Part shown: positions 34,535-43,473 of the stretch, piece by piece
Numbering within the stretch: the stretch's first letter is position 1
How the letters are laid out: each line of letters starts with the position of its first letter
Source of the DNA: Nitrospinales bacterium
Lineage (GTDB): Bacteria > Nitrospinota > Nitrospinia > Nitrospinales > VA-1
Reading direction: 5' to 3'
Assembly: GCA_965223345.1 (NCBI GenBank)
Contig: CBDCWG010000012.1
Location: 2,240,001 to 2,304,000 of the forward strand
Length of the DNA: 64,000 bases
Program-made: the position numbers and the translations under genes
Notes under the pieces: model-generated
Told to the model about the DNA's origin: nothing
The model's database searches: none
What the model saw: only the letters and a program-made list of their open reading frames with translations

Positions 34535-37153
34535 ATGGATGAAGTCATCAATGAATTTCTCGTTGAAAGTTATGAAAACCTGGATCAGCTGGATCAGGAC
34601 CTGGTCGATCTGGAGCAGAACCCCACCGAAAAAAGCCTTCTTGCCAGTATTTTCCGCACCATTCACACCATAAAAGGCACCTGCGGTTTCATCGGTTTTT
34701 CCAAGCTGGAATCGGTGGCGCACGTGGGCGAGAACCTGCTGAGCAAGCTGCGGGACGGCGAGTTGACGCTGAATCCGCCCATCACCAGCGCGTTGCTGGC
34801 GATGGTGGACGCGATCCGGCAGATCCTTTCCTGCATCGAAAGCAGCCAGAACGAAGGCGACGTGGACTATTCGGAATTGATCGGAACGTTGACCACCCTG
34901 CATAAAGGCGAGAACGTCGAAGTGGTGGCCCCTCCGGTTGCAGAACCGGCCCCGGCCGCCGGGGAGAAAGCCGAGGTGCCCGCCCCGGTTGAAGCGGAAA
35001 CGTCGGTTTACGACAGCGTGGGCGGCGAGGACAAGGTCGCTTCGATCGCGGACGTGTTGTATTCGATGGTGCTGGCGGACTCGCGTATGAAAGATCTGTT
35101 CGACGGGGTGGCGCTGGGGCCGCTCAAAACCCTGCACCGGGAACTGTTCACCCACACGCTGGGCGGGTCCGGGGAATTTTCCCAGAAAAAATACGCCGAT
35201 TCGCACAAGTTTCTGATCGAGAAGGGGATGAGTGCGGAACAATTCGACGCGCTGGTGGAAAACATCGGGGCGACTCTGAAGGTCATGGAGATTCCGCAGG
35301 AGGCGATCCAGAAGACGGTGGATACGGTCGCTCCCGTCCGGGACGAACTGTGGCCGCCCGCTGCCGAAGCGGAACCGGCTGCTGAAGTCGAGTTGGTCGC
35401 TGAGACAGCGGAGACATCCGTGCAGAATACGGAAAGCGCGGAGACGGCGGCGGCTCCGCGTCAGGACAGGGCGGTTGCGGAGGCCAGCATCCGTGTGGAC
35501 GTGGACCTTCTGGATCGTCTGATGAATCTGGTGGGAGAGCTGGTGCTCGCCCGCAACCAGATCCTGCAGTTCACGCCGCGTGAGCAGGATTCTACGTTTT
35601 CCGCCACCACACAGCATCTCAACCTGGTGACCACCGAGCTGCAGGAAGGGGTCATGAAGACCCGCATGCAGCCGATCGGCAATATCTGGAATAAATTCCC
35701 GCGCGTGGTGCGGGACCTCGCCATATCCTGCGGCAAAAAAGTGCGGCTCGAGATGGAGGGCAAGGAAACCGAACTGGACAAGACCCTGATCGAGGCGATC
35801 AAGGATCCGCTCACCCACATCGTGCGCAATTCGGTGGATCATGGCATCGAAGCGCCGGATGTGCGCAAGGCCGCCGGTAAAGACGAAGAAGGCGTGCTGA
35901 AACTGCGTGCGTATCACGAGGGCGGTCAGGTCAACGTCGAGATCATCGACGACGGCGGCGGGATCGATCCGGAAAAGCTGAAGAAAAAGGCCATCGAGAA
36001 AAACGTCATCTCCGCCGAAAAAGCGGCACGGATGAAAGACCGCGAGGTGATCAATCTGATCTTTGCCGCCGGTTTTTCCACCGCCGCCAAGGTGACCAAC
36101 GTGTCCGGCCGCGGCGTCGGCATGGACGTGGTGAAGACGAACATCGAGAAGATCGGCGGCACGGTCGATATCCAGAGCCAGAAGGGGCAGGGCACCACCC
36201 TGAAGGTGAAGATCCCGCTGACTCTGGCCATCATTCCGGCGCTCACGGTGATGACCGGCGGCGACCGCTATGCCATTCCTCAGGTGAACCTGCTGGAGCT
36301 GGTGCGGCTGGACGGACAGGATGCGCAAAACGCCGTGGAAATGATCAAAGGAACCCCGGTGTACCGGCTGCGCGGCAACCTGCTGCCGCTGGTTTACCTC
36401 AACGAGCAGCTCAAGGTGGAGAAAAAGGATGAGAACGACGCGGTGAACATCGTGGTTCTGCAGGCGGACGACCGGCAGTTCGGTCTCGTCGTCGAGGGGG
36501 TCAACGATACGGAGGAAATCGTTGTCAAGCCGCTCGGCAAGCAGATGAAAGACATCCCCGCCTTTGCCGGGGCCACGATCATGGGCGACGGCAAGGTGGC
36601 CCTGATCCTGGATGTGATGGGGCTGGCCCAGGCCGCGCGCGTGGTCTCGGAATCCCACGAGCGGGCCATGGACGACTCAAAGGAAAAATCCCGTCAGAGC
36701 AACAACGAGCGGCATTCCTACCTCATTTTCGGTCTGGGAGAGGACGGCAGAATGGCCATCCCGCTTTCCATCGTGGCGCGCCTGGAGGAATTCCACCGCA
36801 AGGATGTGGAATATTCCGGGGAGCAGGAAGTGGTGCAGTACCGGGGCGAGATCATGCCTCTGATTTTCCTGTCCCGGGTTTTTGACGAAAACGCTACAAC
36901 CAGCATCGCGGAACAGAAGGAAACGATGCAGGCTGTGGTTTACACCCATCAGGGCAAGAGTGTGGCCCTGGTCGCCGACCGGATTGTGGACATCGTGGAG
37001 GAGACGGTGACCGTCAAGCGGGATTCCCGCCGGCACGGAACGGTGGGAACCGTGGTGCTGCAGGGCAAGGTCACGGACCTGCTGGATGCGGAAGGGATCG
37101 TCAAGCAAAGCGATCCTACCTTTTACGAAGAATCTTCAATGATTCCTGCTTAG
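34535..37153 (+). CDS. cheA: Chemotaxis histidine kinase CheA: Hpt - truncated globin - dimerisation - HATPase - two CheW-like domains
   Basis: IFRTIHTIKG (Hpt), IRVDVDLLDRLMNLVGELVL, HIVRNSVDHGIE, DDGGG, GFST..SGRGVGMDVV, two P5 domains. ATG 34535 (SD GAGAGGA) preferred; upstream ATG at 34400 possible. Confidence 0.96.
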   Translation: MDEVINEFLVESYENLDQLDQDLVDLEQNPTEKSLLASIFRTIHTIKGTCGFIGFSKLESVAHVGENLLSKLRDGELTLNPPITSALLAMVDAIRQILSCIESSQNEGDVDYSELIGTLTTLHKGENVEVVAPPVAEPAPAAGEKAEVPAPVEAETSVYDSVGGEDKVASIADVLYSMVLADSRMKDLFDGVALGPLKTLHRELFTHTLGGSGEFSQKKYADSHKFLIEKGMSAEQFDALVENIGATLKVMEIPQEAIQKTVDTVAPVRDELWPPAAEAEPAAEVELVAETAETSVQNTESAETAAAPRQDRAVAEASIRVDVDLLDRLMNLVGELVLARNQILQFTPREQDSTFSATTQHLNLVTTELQEGVMKTRMQPIGNIWNKFPRVVRDLAISCGKKVRLEMEGKETELDKTLIEAIKDPLTHIVRNSVDHGIEAPDVRKAAGKDEEGVLKLRAYHEGGQVNVEIIDDGGGIDPEKLKKKAIEKNVISAEKAARMKDREVINLIFAAGFSTAAKVTNVSGRGVGMDVVKTNIEKIGGTVDIQSQKGQGTTLKVKIPLTLAIIPALTVMTGGDRYAIPQVNLLELVRLDGQDAQNAVEMIKGTPVYRLRGNLLPLVYLNEQLKVEKKDENDAVNIVVLQADDRQFGLVVEGVNDTEEIVVKPLGKQMKDIPAFAGATIMGDGKVALILDVMGLAQAARVVSESHERAMDDSKEKSRQSNNERHSYLIFGLGEDGRMAIPLSIVARLEEFHRKDVEYSGEQEVVQYRGEIMPLIFLSRVFDENATTSIAEQKETMQAVVYTHQGKSVALVADRIVDIVEETVTVKRDSRRHGTVGTVVLQGKVTDLLDAEGIVKQSDPTFYEESSMIPA

Positions 37154-37169
37154 AATAGGAAACCGATTC

Positions 37170-37652
37170 ATGGCGGACACCAAACAATTCTGTACGTTTT
37201 ATCTGGGCGACCTGTTTTTCGGCGTGGAAGTGGAAAAAATCCAGGAGGTCTTCCGGTATCAGGAAATGACGCGGGTGCCTCTGGCGCCGCCGATGGTGCG
37301 GGGGATGATCAACCTGCGCGGCCAGATCATCACCGCCGTCGATCTGCGCTGCCGGCTCGGCATGGAAAGCTGGCCGGAAGACAAACTGCCGATGAACGTG
37401 GTGGTCCGCACGGAAGAGGGAGTCGTCTGCCTGCTGGTCGATGAAATCGGCGACGTCCTGGAAGTTCCCGGGGACAAGCACGAACTGCCGCCGGACACCA
37501 TGGATGCGGTGACGCGGGATCTGGTTCTGGGAGTTTACAAACTGGAAGGGAGTCTGCTGCTCATCCTGGACACGAAAAAAGCGGTGCATGTGGAGTATGG
37601 CGACGTCATGAGCAGTACGCAGCAAGTGGCGGCTGTGGGCGACGAAGCCTGA
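37170..37652 (+). CDS. cheW: Chemotaxis coupling protein
   Basis: QFCTF, TRVPLAP..GMINLRGQI, LLVDEIGDV. Confidence 0.94.
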   Translation: MADTKQFCTFYLGDLFFGVEVEKIQEVFRYQEMTRVPLAPPMVRGMINLRGQIITAVDLRCRLGMESWPEDKLPMNVVVRTEEGVVCLLVDEIGDVLEVPGDKHELPPDTMDAVTRDLVLGVYKLEGSLLLILDTKKAVHVEYGDVMSSTQQVAAVGDEA

Positions 37653-37682
37653 TCGAGTCGAAACCGTTTTGCAACCGTTGAG

Positions 37683-37713
37683 CCCATTCCCCGGCGCTGC
37701 GCCGAAGGGGAAT
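37683..37713. terminator. Hairpin between convergent cheW and cheB
   Basis: CATTCCCC...GGGGAATG inverted repeat. Confidence 0.5.
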
Positions 37714-37718
37714 GAGGT

Positions 37719-38813
37719 CTACCTGCCTGTCTGCAGTTCGCGGAGAATCTCAGTCCCGATCTGATTCAGGGGAAGCACCTTGTCCGCCAGACCTTCTTTG
37801 GCGACGAATCCCGGCATTCCCCAAACGACCGAACTTTCCTCGTCCTGAACGATGACCCGGCCGCCGGCGCTTTTGATGTGCTCGCAGCCGATCAGGCCGT
37901 CCTGTCCCATTCCTGTCAGGATCACCGCCAGCACATTGGGGCCGTAATGCTCGGCAACGCTGCGAAACAGCACGTCCACCGCCGGACGGCAGGAGTTTTC
38001 AGGCGGGGCCTGGTTGAGCTGGATGTCCATTCCGGTGCCGTTTTTTTCCAGAACCATGTGGTAGTCGCCGGGAGCGATCCAGGCCGCACCGGGTTTCAGA
38101 CGGTTGCCGGCCGCCCCTTCCTCGACCACGAGCTTGGACTGCGTGGTCAAACGCTCGGCCAAAAGCTTGGTGAAAAACGGCGGCATGTGCTGGACCATCA
38201 CGATGGGAACGGGCAGATCCTTGGGAAACACCGGAAACAGCTCGGCCAGAGCGTTGGGGCCTCCCGTGGACACGCCGATGGCGAGGACATCGATCCGCAC
38301 CTTTTTGGCCGGAATTTTGGGAGGCTGGATGACGGATTTGGCCGCTGCCTTGGCTTTGGGCGCGGCTGCGGGTTTGGCGTTCACAGGCGGCTTGAGGCCC
38401 ACCTTTTTCGCGCAGAAAACCTTGACCTTGGGGATGAGTTCGTCGCGTACCCGCTGCATGGCCACCGAAACGCTGCCGACATTGGCGGGTTTGGTGACGT
38501 AGTCGGTGGCGCCGAGAGCCAGGGCTTCCAGGGTTTTCGCCCCGCCCCGCTCGGTGAGGGTGCTGAACATGATGACCGGCAGCGTGGGGTAGATCTTGCG
38601 GATTTCGGCCAGGGTCTGCAGGCCGTCCATCTCCGGCATTTCGATGTCCAGGGTCACGATGTCCGGGTTGATCTGCGGGATTTTGGCCAGGGCGATGCGG
38701 CCGTTGGCGGCCACGCCTGCAACCTCAATCTCCGGGTCTCCCTGCAGACAATCGGTGACGATTTTACGGACGACCACCGCATCGTCCACCACCAGCACAC
38801 GGATTTTAGTCAT
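37719..38813 (-). CDS. cheB: Chemotaxis response regulator protein-glutamate methylesterase
   Basis: Receiver domain (TLDIEMP) plus GVSTGGP, VQHMP, RPAVD, LTGMGQDG, VVWGMP. Confidence 0.96.
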   Translation of the reverse strand: MTKIRVLVVDDAVVVRKIVTDCLQGDPEIEVAGVAANGRIALAKIPQINPDIVTLDIEMPEMDGLQTLAEIRKIYPTLPVIMFSTLTERGGAKTLEALALGATDYVTKPANVGSVSVAMQRVRDELIPKVKVFCAKKVGLKPPVNAKPAAAPKAKAAAKSVIQPPKIPAKKVRIDVLAIGVSTGGPNALAELFPVFPKDLPVPIVMVQHMPPFFTKLLAERLTTQSKLVVEEGAAGNRLKPGAAWIAPGDYHMVLEKNGTGMDIQLNQAPPENSCRPAVDVLFRSVAEHYGPNVLAVILTGMGQDGLIGCEHIKSAGGRVIVQDEESSVVWGMPGFVAKEGLADKVLPLNQIGTEILRELQTGR

Positions 38814-39078
38814 AAATGGATTCGCGGGACCCCGATTCCCCCATTCGGGGTAGGGGTTGATTGACAGTTTGATGTAAATCTAATATTGAGCTAACAATAT
38901 CAAATATTTATAACTTATCCTTCATTCTAAGATAACGTAAATCTATGAAATTTTCCACTTTATTTTCCGGTGCCAAAGGCCGCGTTCGGCTTGAGAAATC
39001 CCACCTTTACAGGTAGAGTGAGCGCAAACGGACCGGCGGTCGCCGCCGCCGTAAAAATGCAAAAGCCGCGGAAATACA

Positions 39079-39345
39079 ATGGTGAAGCTGATCAACAAAA
39101 ACGGCCTGGAAATCGCGTGTCTGGCGAAACCGGTGATGGACGAGCTGATGCGCGGAACCGGGAGTGTGATGGCGGACAAGCTGTCCCTGTATCTGGAAAG
39201 CCCGACCTTCAACGAAAAATACATCGTCGTGGCCCGCTCCCCGGAGGAGCCGAACGGCGCGCCGGAGATGAAAAAATACAGCGCGGCCAATTTCAAGGAC
39301 GCGTGGGAACAGTTCCAGCTCTGGCTGGCGGATGTCAACGGATGA
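39079..39345 (+). CDS. Hypothetical protein (88 aa)
   Basis: Host-like GC3-rich codon usage; no motif recognised. Confidence 0.65.
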   Translation: MVKLINKNGLEIACLAKPVMDELMRGTGSVMADKLSLYLESPTFNEKYIVVARSPEEPNGAPEMKKYSAANFKDAWEQFQLWLADVNG

Positions 39346-39500
39346 GGTGTGCGGTTTCTTCTTTTTTCTGAACGGGATGCCGTGCGCGGGATCGATGAGA
39401 CAGGCGGCCGGCGGTTTCTTTCCTTGAATAATCGGGAGGCAGCGTTTATCTTTTATTTTTACAAAATACAAAAGCGCTGTTTCATTTTCAGGTTCGTGTG

Positions 39501-40025
39501 ATGGAAAACTGGTACATGTTGACCCTGGTTGGCAGGGACCGCCCGGGAATCGTCGCGCACATCAGCGGGGCGTTGTTCCAGGGCAACTGCAACCTGGGTG
39601 AGGCTTCGATGACCCGGCTGGGCGGCAACTTCTCGATCATGCTGATGGTCCGGTTCGACGGTTCGGAGACCGCGTTGGACGGAATCATCGCTCCGGTTTG
39701 CGAGAAATTCGATCTCAGGCATCACGTCGATGCGATCGACGGGGAATTGCACCGGCACCTGGATCCCAATGTGCGCATCAGCGTGCACGGCGCCGACCGC
39801 GCCGGGATCGTGGCGCAGGTGACCGGCAAGCTGGCAGAGTCCGGCCTCAATATACTCAATCTGGAATCGGATGTGGCGGGCACGGAAGACAACCCGATCT
39901 ACATCATGCACATCGAAGGGGTCGCTTCTGAAGGCGTGGAATCGTTGCAGGCCGCCCTCGACAGTCTGGACGCGGAACTGGAAGTGGACACGGAGATTGC
40001 GGAAATCGATATCCTGAGAGGTTGA
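39501..40025 (+). CDS. Tandem ACT-domain protein (GcvR-like)
   Basis: LTLVGRDRPGIVA and SVHGADRAGIVA ACT repeats. Confidence 0.88.
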   Translation: MENWYMLTLVGRDRPGIVAHISGALFQGNCNLGEASMTRLGGNFSIMLMVRFDGSETALDGIIAPVCEKFDLRHHVDAIDGELHRHLDPNVRISVHGADRAGIVAQVTGKLAESGLNILNLESDVAGTEDNPIYIMHIEGVASEGVESLQAALDSLDAELEVDTEIAEIDILRG

Positions 40026-40028
40026 CCG

Positions 40029-40559
40029 ATGGCGGTTCTGAAAATTCTGGAGGTTCCCGATCCCCGGTTGAAGGAAATCTCGCAGCCGGTGGAGACAATC
40101 GACGATGCTCTGCGCGGTTTTATCGCCGACCTGGAAGAAACCATGCGGGCCGGTCCGGGGGCGATCGGCATCGCGGCCCCGCAGGTAGGAAGGCTCGACC
40201 GGATCGTGATCGTCGATCTGACGGGCAAGCCCAAAATCAAGAATCACGGCCGGTTGATCCTGATCAATCCTGTGATCACCTCGCACGAGGGCAACGTGGT
40301 GGGCCGGGAAGGCTGCCTTTCGGTGCCCGATTACACAGGCAACGTGGCGCGCTGGGAATTCATTGAATTGAAAGCTTTAGATGAGTTTGGCGTCGCGCAT
40401 GTGTATAATATGGAAGGCTTCGAGGCGCGGGTGGCCCAGCACGAAATGGACCATCTCGACGGGTATGTGTTTCTCGACCGGCTCGTGAGCCGAAGGGGCA
40501 GTCTGTTTCGCCGTAAAGTGTATAAAAAACCTGCACAAACCGGCGCGGAACCTTCCTGA
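40029..40559 (+). CDS. def: Peptide deformylase
   Basis: GIAAPQVG, EGCLS, QHEMDH. Confidence 0.96.
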   Translation: MAVLKILEVPDPRLKEISQPVETIDDALRGFIADLEETMRAGPGAIGIAAPQVGRLDRIVIVDLTGKPKIKNHGRLILINPVITSHEGNVVGREGCLSVPDYTGNVARWEFIELKALDEFGVAHVYNMEGFEARVAQHEMDHLDGYVFLDRLVSRRGSLFRRKVYKKPAQTGAEPS

Positions 40560-40591
40560 GGACCGCTCAAGGGTTTTCATTCGGGTTTGCG

Positions 40592-41881
40592 ATGTCGGAG
40601 CCCCTCTCTTCATTGCGAAACCGGCAGGGGGCGCAAGCACAGCGTGTGATGGCGTTCATTCGATCGTCCACCCTTATTCCACCGCAGGAATTCTTCGGAT
40701 TCCCCATTCATTCCGCCATTTTGAAACTCCACACCCCTCATTGGAGACCCAAGCGCAAAGGCCCTGAGCGAAAGCGCGCGTCTTTGCGCGACCGCAGCTG
40801 GTTCGCATGGTTTGCTGCCGCCTGGCTGGGCGTTCTTTTTCTGGGAACGGGCTGCATCGGAATCGGCCCCAAATCCGTCAAAAACGACCGCTACAGCTAC
40901 AACACCGAGATTCAAAAATCCAACAACCAGCAGCTGCTGTTGAATCTGGTGCGGCTCAAGTACCGGGACACGCCTTACTTTCTGGAGGTCAGCAGCATCG
41001 CCTCCCAGTTCACCCTGAAATCCAACGCCAATGCGGCGGCGACGCTGCAGGACGGCGTCAAGGGGCTGTTCGGCTTTGGAGCGAAGACGGAGGTGGAGGA
41101 GTCCCCGACCATCACGTACGCGCCGTTGCGCGGCGAGCAGTTCATCACGCGTTTTCTGGCGCAGGTTTCCCTGGAAAGCGTGTTTCTGCTCTTTCAATCG
41201 GGGTGGAACATCGACCAGATTTTGCGTATATGCCTGAACCGCATGGGCAGTTTGAGAAACGCTCCCAGCGCCTCCGGGCCGACGCCGGCCTACGCGCCCG
41301 TCTTCAAGGATTTCGTGCGCGCCTCGCGTCTGATCCGTCAATTGCAGCTCAAAGACGCCCTGACGGTTTCTCTGGAGAGGAACCAGACGGTGCCCGAACT
41401 GGTTTTCGAGGTGAACGGCGGCATGCAGGATTCCGCGGAAGTGATCGTGTTGAACACGCTGCTGGGGCTGCCGCCGGACAACTCCAAATTTATTTTGTCC
41501 ACGGTGACCTCGAACCACGACAGCGAGTCGCGGATTCAGATCTCCACCCGCTCGCTGCTGGGAATCATGTATTACCTGTCGAATGCGGTCGTGCCTCCCA
41601 AAGCCCATCGGGAAGCGGGAAAGATCACCCTGACCCTGGACGGGCAGGGCAAGGAGTTCAATTGGGACGAAGTCACCGGAGACATTCTCAAAATCCCCTC
41701 GCAGCAGGATGAGCCGGCTGCGGCGGCCGTCGCCGTGGACTACCGCGATCACTGGTTCTACATCTACGATTCGGACCTCACTTCCAAATCGACCTTCTCG
41801 CTGCTGGCGCAGATTTTTTCCCTGCAGGCGGGCAATGTGCGCGAGATCGGTCCTCTCTTGACGCTGCCGATCGGCAACTGA
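40592..41881 (+). CDS. Conserved-looking hypothetical lipoprotein (true start probably downstream)
   Basis: Hydrophobic stretch ending GTGC; QQLLLNLVRLKYRDTPYFLEVSSI, PTITYAPL, YRDHWFYI..DLTSK; host-like codon usage from about 40790. Confidence 0.75.
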   Translation: MSEPLSSLRNRQGAQAQRVMAFIRSSTLIPPQEFFGFPIHSAILKLHTPHWRPKRKGPERKRASLRDRSWFAWFAAAWLGVLFLGTGCIGIGPKSVKNDRYSYNTEIQKSNNQQLLLNLVRLKYRDTPYFLEVSSIASQFTLKSNANAAATLQDGVKGLFGFGAKTEVEESPTITYAPLRGEQFITRFLAQVSLESVFLLFQSGWNIDQILRICLNRMGSLRNAPSASGPTPAYAPVFKDFVRASRLIRQLQLKDALTVSLERNQTVPELVFEVNGGMQDSAEVIVLNTLLGLPPDNSKFILSTVTSNHDSESRIQISTRSLLGIMYYLSNAVVPPKAHREAGKITLTLDGQGKEFNWDEVTGDILKIPSQQDEPAAAAVAVDYRDHWFYIYDSDLTSKSTFSLLAQIFSLQAGNVREIGPLLTLPIGN

Positions 41882-41888
41882 CCGCGCG

Positions 41889-43016
41889 TCAGCGGTCTGC
41901 GTTTTCCCCTTTCAATTTTTCCAGCAGTTCCTTTTCAGAAAGCTGAGGCAGGTGCAGGGTGGAGGTGGGGAAGGCGATTTCCGCGCCTTCGTTTTCGATG
42001 ATCTGCATGATTTTGAGCAGCACGTCCTGTTTGATTTCGTGAAACCGCACCCAATTGGTGGTCTTTGTGTAGGTGTACACAAAAAAGTCGAGCGAGGAGG
42101 GGGCGAAGGCGTTGAAGTTGACGATCAGCGTGCGGCTGGTGTCGATCTCTTTGTGCTGCGTCAGCATGTCCTTCACTTTATCGACGATCGCCTGCATTTT
42201 GGGCCCGTCCTCATAGCGGATGCCGACGGTTTCGTAGATCCTGCGGTTTTGCATGCGCGAAGGATTTTCCACGGCGATGGTGGTGAAGGTCGAATTGGGA
42301 ACGTACAACGGCCGCTTGTCGAAGGTGCGGATGCGGGTGAGCCGCCAGCCGATGCTTTCCACGGTCCCCTCGATCTCCCGGTCGGGGGAGCGCACCCAGT
42401 CTCCCACGGCAAAGGGACGGTCTAGGTAAATGGTCAAGCCTCCGAAAAAGTTGGCGAGCAGGTCCTTGGCCGCGAAACCCACGGCGATGCCGCCGATGCC
42501 GCCGAAGGCCAGGACGCCGGAAATGCTGTAGCCCAGCGTTTGCAGGACCACCAGCGCGGCGGTGATGAACACGGACACGCGCAGCAGTTTGGAGATCGCA
42601 TCCACGGTGGTCGGATCCAGGTCGGTTTTTTCAGCCGTTTTCTCATCCGTCAGGAAAGCCTTTTCGGCGTTTTTGATGAAGCGCACGAAAAACCAGGCGA
42701 TGGCGGCGATGATCAGTGTGTCGCGGATCGGCTCGGCTGCTTCCAGCAGGACGGCGCCGGTGGTGCTGCGGATGATGTCGGCGGCCAGAGCGATCCCCGC
42801 GGACCAGATGACGACGCTCAAGGGTTGAGGGATCGCGATCATGAGCGCGTCGTCCCACAGATTTTCGGTTTTCAGGGCGCGCTGATGCAGCCGTTTCAGG
42901 ATGCGGCGTTGAATGTAGTCGAGGAGCAGCGAGCCGAATACGACGATGAATGCCTGGACCAGGTACCCGGACTTGGGGCCGATGAATCCGGTGAGTGCGT
43001 TGAGTGTTGCCTGCAT
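41889..43016 (-). CDS. MscS-family mechanosensitive channel (YnaI-like)
   Basis: GGIGGIAVGFAAKDLLANFFGG, DRPFAVGDW, EGTVESIGWRLTRIRTFD, IAFPT. Confidence 0.93.
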   Translation of the reverse strand: MQATLNALTGFIGPKSGYLVQAFIVVFGSLLLDYIQRRILKRLHQRALKTENLWDDALMIAIPQPLSVVIWSAGIALAADIIRSTTGAVLLEAAEPIRDTLIIAAIAWFFVRFIKNAEKAFLTDEKTAEKTDLDPTTVDAISKLLRVSVFITAALVVLQTLGYSISGVLAFGGIGGIAVGFAAKDLLANFFGGLTIYLDRPFAVGDWVRSPDREIEGTVESIGWRLTRIRTFDKRPLYVPNSTFTTIAVENPSRMQNRRIYETVGIRYEDGPKMQAIVDKVKDMLTQHKEIDTSRTLIVNFNAFAPSSLDFFVYTYTKTTNWVRFHEIKQDVLLKIMQIIENEGAEIAFPTSTLHLPQLSEKELLEKLKGENADR

Positions 43017-43473
43017 GCTGTTTGCGTGTCTGTGAGTTTGTGAAGGACGGATGAACCTGTTGCCCGATTTTAGCATTCGTTTTTTTTAATTCCAATCGGC
43101 GGAACCGTCAAATTGCAGCGATCCTGAGATTTTTTTTCGCGGCGCCACCCGCGTTTTCATTGTGAACGGTCTGCACGAAACCGTGGCCGTTGTTCACAAT
43201 CGTTTGTTGTGTGTTATACTCTTTTCTGCCGGAGCGATTCTTCTGATTGTTCGTTCACCTGTCTGATTTCTTTTTCGTTTTCTTATTTTCATTCGCATCG
43301 AATTTTTGTTTCCCTGTGTCCTTTCGGGCCATTGAATTGCGGCCTGCAGGAGGCGGGGGGACCGTTCTCGCTGTTTCTCCGGTTGCGTCCGGCCGGTAAA
43401 CGTCTTTGACCCGCATTCGCTTTGGAGGTTTGTCCTGTCCAAGGCGCCAACCTTTTCGGAGAGATTCCCCGCT

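Noticed and set aside
34235..36658. 807-aa minus-strand ORF over cheA
   Set aside because: Antisense shadow of a well-supported gene.
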